The notes beneath the pieces are model-generated. The model had not been told where the DNA came from. It did no database searches and saw only the letters and a program-made list of their open reading frames with translations. From NCBI GenBank assembly GCA_951406725.2, contig OX597835.1, forward strand, positions 39,184,001 through 39,248,000: 64,000 bases of DNA. The letters run 5' to 3'. Both the position numbers and the translations under genes were made by a program. Of this stretch, positions 58,843 to 64,000 are shown piece after piece. Source of the DNA: Octopus vulgaris. Taxonomy: Eukaryota. How positions within the stretch are numbered: the stretch's first letter is position 1; every line of letters starts with the position of its first letter.

Positions 58843-60272
58843 AAGGCGGCGAACTGGCAGAAACTTTAGCACACCGGACGAAGTATGTTGCGGTATTTCG
58901 CCTACCGTTACGTTCTGAGTTCAAATTCCGCCGACGTCGACTTTGCCTTTCATCCTTTCGGAGTCGATAAATTAAGTACCAGTTACGCACTGGGTCGATG
59001 TAATCGACTTTATCCCCTTGTCTGTCCTTGTTTGTCCCCTCTATGTTTAGCTCCTTGTGGGTAATAAAGAAATAAGAAACTTTAGTACGCCGGGCGAAAT
59101 GCTTAGCCGTATTTCGTCTGCTGTTCTGAGTTCAAATTCCGCCGAGGTCAGTTTTGCCTTTCATCCTTTCGGGGTCGATTAAATAAGTGCCAGTTACGCA
59201 CTGGGACTGATATAAACGACTTAATCCGTTTGTCTGCCCTTGTTCGCCCCCTCTGTGTTTAGCCCCTTGTGGGTAGTAAAGAAATAGGTATTTCGTTTGT
59301 CTTTATGTTCTGAGTTCAAATTCAGCTGAGGTCGACTTTGCCTTTCATCCTTTCGGAGTCGATAAATTAAGTACCAGCTGCGTACTGGAGCCGATCTAAT
59401 CGACTGGCCCTCTCACCCAAAATTTCGGGTCTTGTGCCTAGAGTAGAAAAAATTATTGTTATTATTATTTGAAGGCAGCGAGTTGGCAGAAACGTTAGCA
59501 CGCTGGGCGAAATGCGTTGCCGTATTTCGTCTGCCGTTATGTTCTGAGTTCAAATTCCACCGAGGTCGAATTTGCCTTTCATCCTTTCGGGGTCGATAAA
59601 TTAAGCACCAGTTATGCACTGGTACTTAACTGGTACTTAATTTATCGACCCCGAAAGGATGTCAGGCGAAGTCGACCTCGGCGGAATTTGAACTCAGAAC
59701 GTAGCGGCAGACGAAATACCTATTTCTTTACTGCCCACAAGGGGCTGAACACAAAGAGGACAAACAAGGACAGACAAACAGATTAAGTCGATTATATCGA
59801 CCCCAGTGCGTAACTGGTACTTATTTAATCGACTCCGAAAGGATAAAAGGCAAAGTCGACCTCGGCGGAATTTGAACTCAGAGCGTAGCGGCAGACGAAA
59901 CACCGTTAAGCATTTCGCCCGGCCTGCTAACGATTCTGCCAGCTCACCACCCTTTAAATATTCTTTTCTACTCTAGGCGCAAGACCCGAAATTTTGGGGG
60001 AGGAAGCCAGTCGATTAGATCAACCCCAGTACGCAACTGGTACTTAATTTATCGACGTGCAAAATAGCGCTAAGCATTTCGTCCAGCGCGCTAACGATTC
60101 TACCAGCTCGCTGCCTTACATTAATATTAATAATAAAATTCCACCGAGGTCAACAAATTTGCCTTTCATCCTTTCGGGGTCGATAAATCAGGTACAAGTT
60201 GAACACTGGGTTCCATGGAGTCTACTATCCCCCTTCCCCAAATTTCAGGCCCTGCTCCTATAGTAGAAAGGA
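58843..60272. mobile_element. Dense family B SINE cluster (58843-59450 + trimer; 59472-59625 +; 59626-59953 -; 59960-60117 -; 60135-60272 +)
   Basis: Repeated B heads and bodies in both orientations. Confidence 0.9.
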
Positions 60273-60567
60273 TATTAATAATAATAAATGTTGCTGAAGC
60301 TGCTATCTAGTTCCAAGTAGTCCCTAATCTAGTTTAGCATCGCTAGATTCTTTACATATTATAAAAAACCGTACATGCCCGTACATAAAACGTAGAAAAG
60401 CAAAACAAATTTAGTATGTTTCGTTATGCATTGAGTTGTAGTAAATTTAAAGTAGTTTTTGAGAGGAAAACATTTGATTTTATGCATGTAAATAGAATAT
60501 AGTGGAATCAAGCACGAAATCATATACGGTAACATTATACTTGTCTTGAAAGGAAAATAAATTAAAT
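60244..60567 (+). repeat. Copy 2 of the ~324-bp duplication
   Basis: Matches 55521-55844 with only about two differences visible by eye. Confidence 0.93.
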
Positions 60568-60984
60568 TTACTGTGTCTGAAAAGAAACAGTGCAGCGAAT
60601 ACTGCTACAAGAAGATAAAGCAAATCTATCGTTAAAAAGCTGGCACAAAGCAAGCAGAAAAGTACAATAAATGTGTATGAGTTTCTTTAGATCTACTACA
60701 TACAGACAAAGCAAATATTTCATTAATATAAGTACGCAGCAAGAAGCAGGAAGGAGAACAAAAAATGAATGCGTTCTAATAGAAATTGGTGTTTGAGGCT
60801 ACGTAACGAGTAGCAGTGTGCAATAAATGTCAAAATATGCATTGTGAAGATTTATTTAATCGTCGTGATCTGGTGCTGCTGTGTGGTTAAGAAGATTGCT
60901 TTGCAACCACTTGGTTTCGAGTTCAGTTCCACAGCACGACGCTTTGGAAAAGTGTTTCGTGATATATCTCCGTCATAAACATAC

Positions 60985-61428
60985 GTGTGTATGTGTGTGT
61001 AGAATTGTGTGTGTGTGTAGAAATGTGTGTGTGTGTGTGTGTGTGTGTATAAATGTGTGTGCGTGTGTGTGTGTAGAAATGTGTGTGTGCGTGTAGAAAT
61101 CTGTGTGTATGTGTAGAAATGTGTGTGTGTGTGTAGAAATGTGTGTGTGTGTAGAAATGTGTGTGTGTGTAGAAATGTGTGTGTGTGTGTGTGTATAAAT
61201 GTGTGTGCGTGTAGAAATGTGTGTGTGTGTAGAAATGTGTGTGTGTGTATAAATGTGTGTGCGTGTAGAAATGTGTGTGTGTGTAGAAATGTGTGTGTGC
61301 GTGTAGAAATCTGTGTGTATGTGTAGAAATGTGTGTGTGTGTAGAAATGTGTGTGTGTGTGTAGAAATGTGTGTGTGTGTAGAAATGTGTGTGTGTGTGT
61401 GTGTAGAAATGCGTGTGTGTGTGTAGAA

Positions 61429-61465
<37 letters not shown>

Positions 61466-61475
61466 AATGTGCGTG
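60985..61475 (+). repeat. Punctuated microsatellite [(GT)n-AGAAAT]n
   Basis: About 24 agaaat/ataaat spacers between GT runs. Confidence 0.95.
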
Positions 61476-61588
61476 TATTTGACCACTGCAGTATTTGAAC
61501 TCAGAACGTCAAGACGAACGAAATACCGCAAAGCATTTCGTCCAGCGGGCTAACGACTCTGCCAGCCTTCATGATGATGATGATGATG

Positions 61589-61655
<67 letters not shown>

Positions 61656-61675
61656 TAATAATAATAATAATAATG

Positions 61676-61708
<33 letters not shown>

Positions 61709-62146
61709 TTAATAATAATAATAATAATAATAATATATGAATTCCTAGATCAGGGATTACGAGGCGGTAAATAGGGTAAACACTGGCAGTATATTGATTG
61801 ACGTATAAAACCCATCATTTGGGGTTTACGTTAATGAAGAGATAAGGAATTACACTATAATGGCTCGGGTATTAACGGTGGTGGTGGGGGCAGGGAATGA
61901 TCGACTTCGAAGAAAGGTTTCGGTGCAGGATTAGCAGGTCAGGTGAATTCTAAAACGGCTACATTACATGCCAAGTGCTTCTGTTCTTATACGACGTATT
62001 TCGTATTTGATGAGTCTAAATTGAATGATGTTCTCCAACAGGAAATTGGAAAATGTCAATCTTCTGAATAAGGAAATGAAGACATATTAGATGGGTTAAG
62101 ATCCATAGACACACAAGTACACACAGCACACATTTACACAGACACA

Positions 62147-62180
<34 letters not shown>

Positions 62181-62359
62181 CACACATATATACCTACTTA
62201 CGCACAAACACACGCACATGCATACATAAACACCTGTGCGCGCTGGCACACAAGAAGTACGCATGCGCCCACACATACACAAACGATTCCCGGATTTGAA
62301 CCAGAATTTCAATAGCAAATGATTAAAGATTATGTATCACAGGTTGACATTTATAAACT

Positions 62360-63680
62360 GTGTTTATCCATTCATTCAATATCTACACACTTCGTCTATC
62401 TATCCAGTCAACATCTACACACTGTGTCTATAAATCCACTCTACATCTACACATTGTGTCCATCTATCCTGTCAACATCTATACACTCTATCTACATGAG
62501 GTGAAAATCTATACCCTCTGTCGATCTATCCAGTCAGCATCTACACGCTGTCTTTCTATCTAGTCAACATCTACACACTGCATCAATCTTGTCAACATCT
62601 ACACTCTACGTCTATCTATCCAGGCAAAATCTACACAATATGGCTATCTATCCAGTTAACAACTACGTGCTGTGTCAATATTTCTATCTTTCCAGTCAAC
62701 ATCTACACCACACAGTGTCAATATTTCCAGTCTATCTTTCCTGTCAATATCTACACACTGTGTCTATGTTTCCAGTCAATATCTACACACTGTGTCAATA
62801 TTTCCTGTCAATATCTACACAAAGTGTCAATATTTCCAGTCAATATCTACACACTGTGTCAATATTTCCAGTCAATATCTACACACTATGTCAATATTTC
62901 CAGTCAATATCTACACACTGTGTCAATATTTCCAGTCAATATCTACACACTATGTCAATATTTCCAGTCAATATCTACACACTGTGTCTATCTTTCCTAT
63001 CAATATTTACACACAGTGTCAATATTCCTAGTCAATATCTATACACTGTGTCAATATTTCCTGTCAATATCTACACAAAGTGTCAATATTTCCAGTCAAT
63101 ATCTACACACTGTGTCAATATTTCCAGTCAATATCTACACACTATGTCAATATTTCCAGTCAATATCTACACACTGTGTCAATATTTCCAGTCAATATCT
63201 ACACACTATGTCAATATTTCCAGTCAATATCTACACACTGTGTCTATCTTTCCTGCCAATATCTACACACTGTGTCTATCTTTCCTATCAATATTTACAC
63301 ACAGTGTCAATATTTCTAGTCAATATCTACACACTGTGTCAATATTTCCAGTCAATATCTACACACAGTGTCTATCTTTCCTGCCAATATCTACACACAG
63401 TGTCTATGTTTCCAGTCAATATCTACACACTGTCAATATTTTCAGTCAATATCTACACACTGTGTCTATCTACACTCATAACATTTGCATTCTCTGTCTA
63501 TCAGTCCTGTCAGCGTCTACATACTGCGTCTATTTAACCAGTCAACATCAAGATATTGTGTGTGTATCTATCCAATCAAAATCTACACACTGTATCTATT
63601 TATGCAGTCACCATCTGTACTGTGAGTATATCAGCTCATCTACACTCTGCGTCTGTAACTCTAGTCAACATGTTCTGTGC
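62360..63680 (+). repeat. 32-bp minisatellite TTTCCAGTCAATATCTACACACTGTGTCAATA with a homogeneous core (~62720-63450) and decayed flanks
   Basis: Visible 32-nt period; the translation repeats every 32 aa (3 units). Confidence 0.95.
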
Positions 63681-63859
63681 AAACACACACACATACACAC
63701 ACAAACACACTCAAACACACAAACATACGTTGTTGACATAATTCTGTTAGGGAAATAACTCATGTTAAATTGTAGATATACTACCACAAAAATTACAGTG
63801 AAACGTATTAATGCCTATACATACATACATACATGCATACATACATACATACTACATAA

Positions 63860-64000
<141 letters not shown>

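Noticed and set aside
62589-63758. 389-aa ORF or CRISPR-like array
   Set aside because: Pure 32-bp tandem repeat, open in several frames, with no unique spacers and no cas genes, in a eukaryotic context

Overview
Repeat-dominated animal genomic DNA with no intact, recognisable protein-coding gene. It is most likely an octopus or other cephalopod intergenic or intronic region; this is inferred from the tRNA-derived SINE families and the extreme microsatellite load. Almost all ORFs in the supplied track are microsatellite or SINE artefacts. Supported content: (i) dozens of copies of four tRNA-headed SINE families (labelled A-D here), several with target-site duplications (TSDs), nesting or internal multimers; (ii) decayed autonomous-element fragments: a Penelope GIY-YIG endonuclease, CR1 and RTE LINE 3' ends and a mariner N-terminus; (iii) non-autonomous DNA elements: two GGATC-ended MITEs with 8-bp TSDs (one carrying TTAGGG repeats), hAT-type MITEs and a Helentron-like HINE; (iv) 10-, 12- and 32-bp minisatellites. 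The most striking structure is a 7.4-kb array (13101-20478) of a near-identical, non-coding ~844-bp unit. It has 1.7 inverted copies fused to 7 direct copies, sits inside a (TA)n tract, and each unit carries a conserved candidate RNA structure. It looks like a very young multimeric Penelope-type or retrozyme-like insertion, although a long-read assembly artefact is not excluded. Degenerate hammerhead-ribozyme motifs flank the Penelope remnant at 6.8-8.4 kb. Coordinates of degenerate repeats are approximate and were read by eye.
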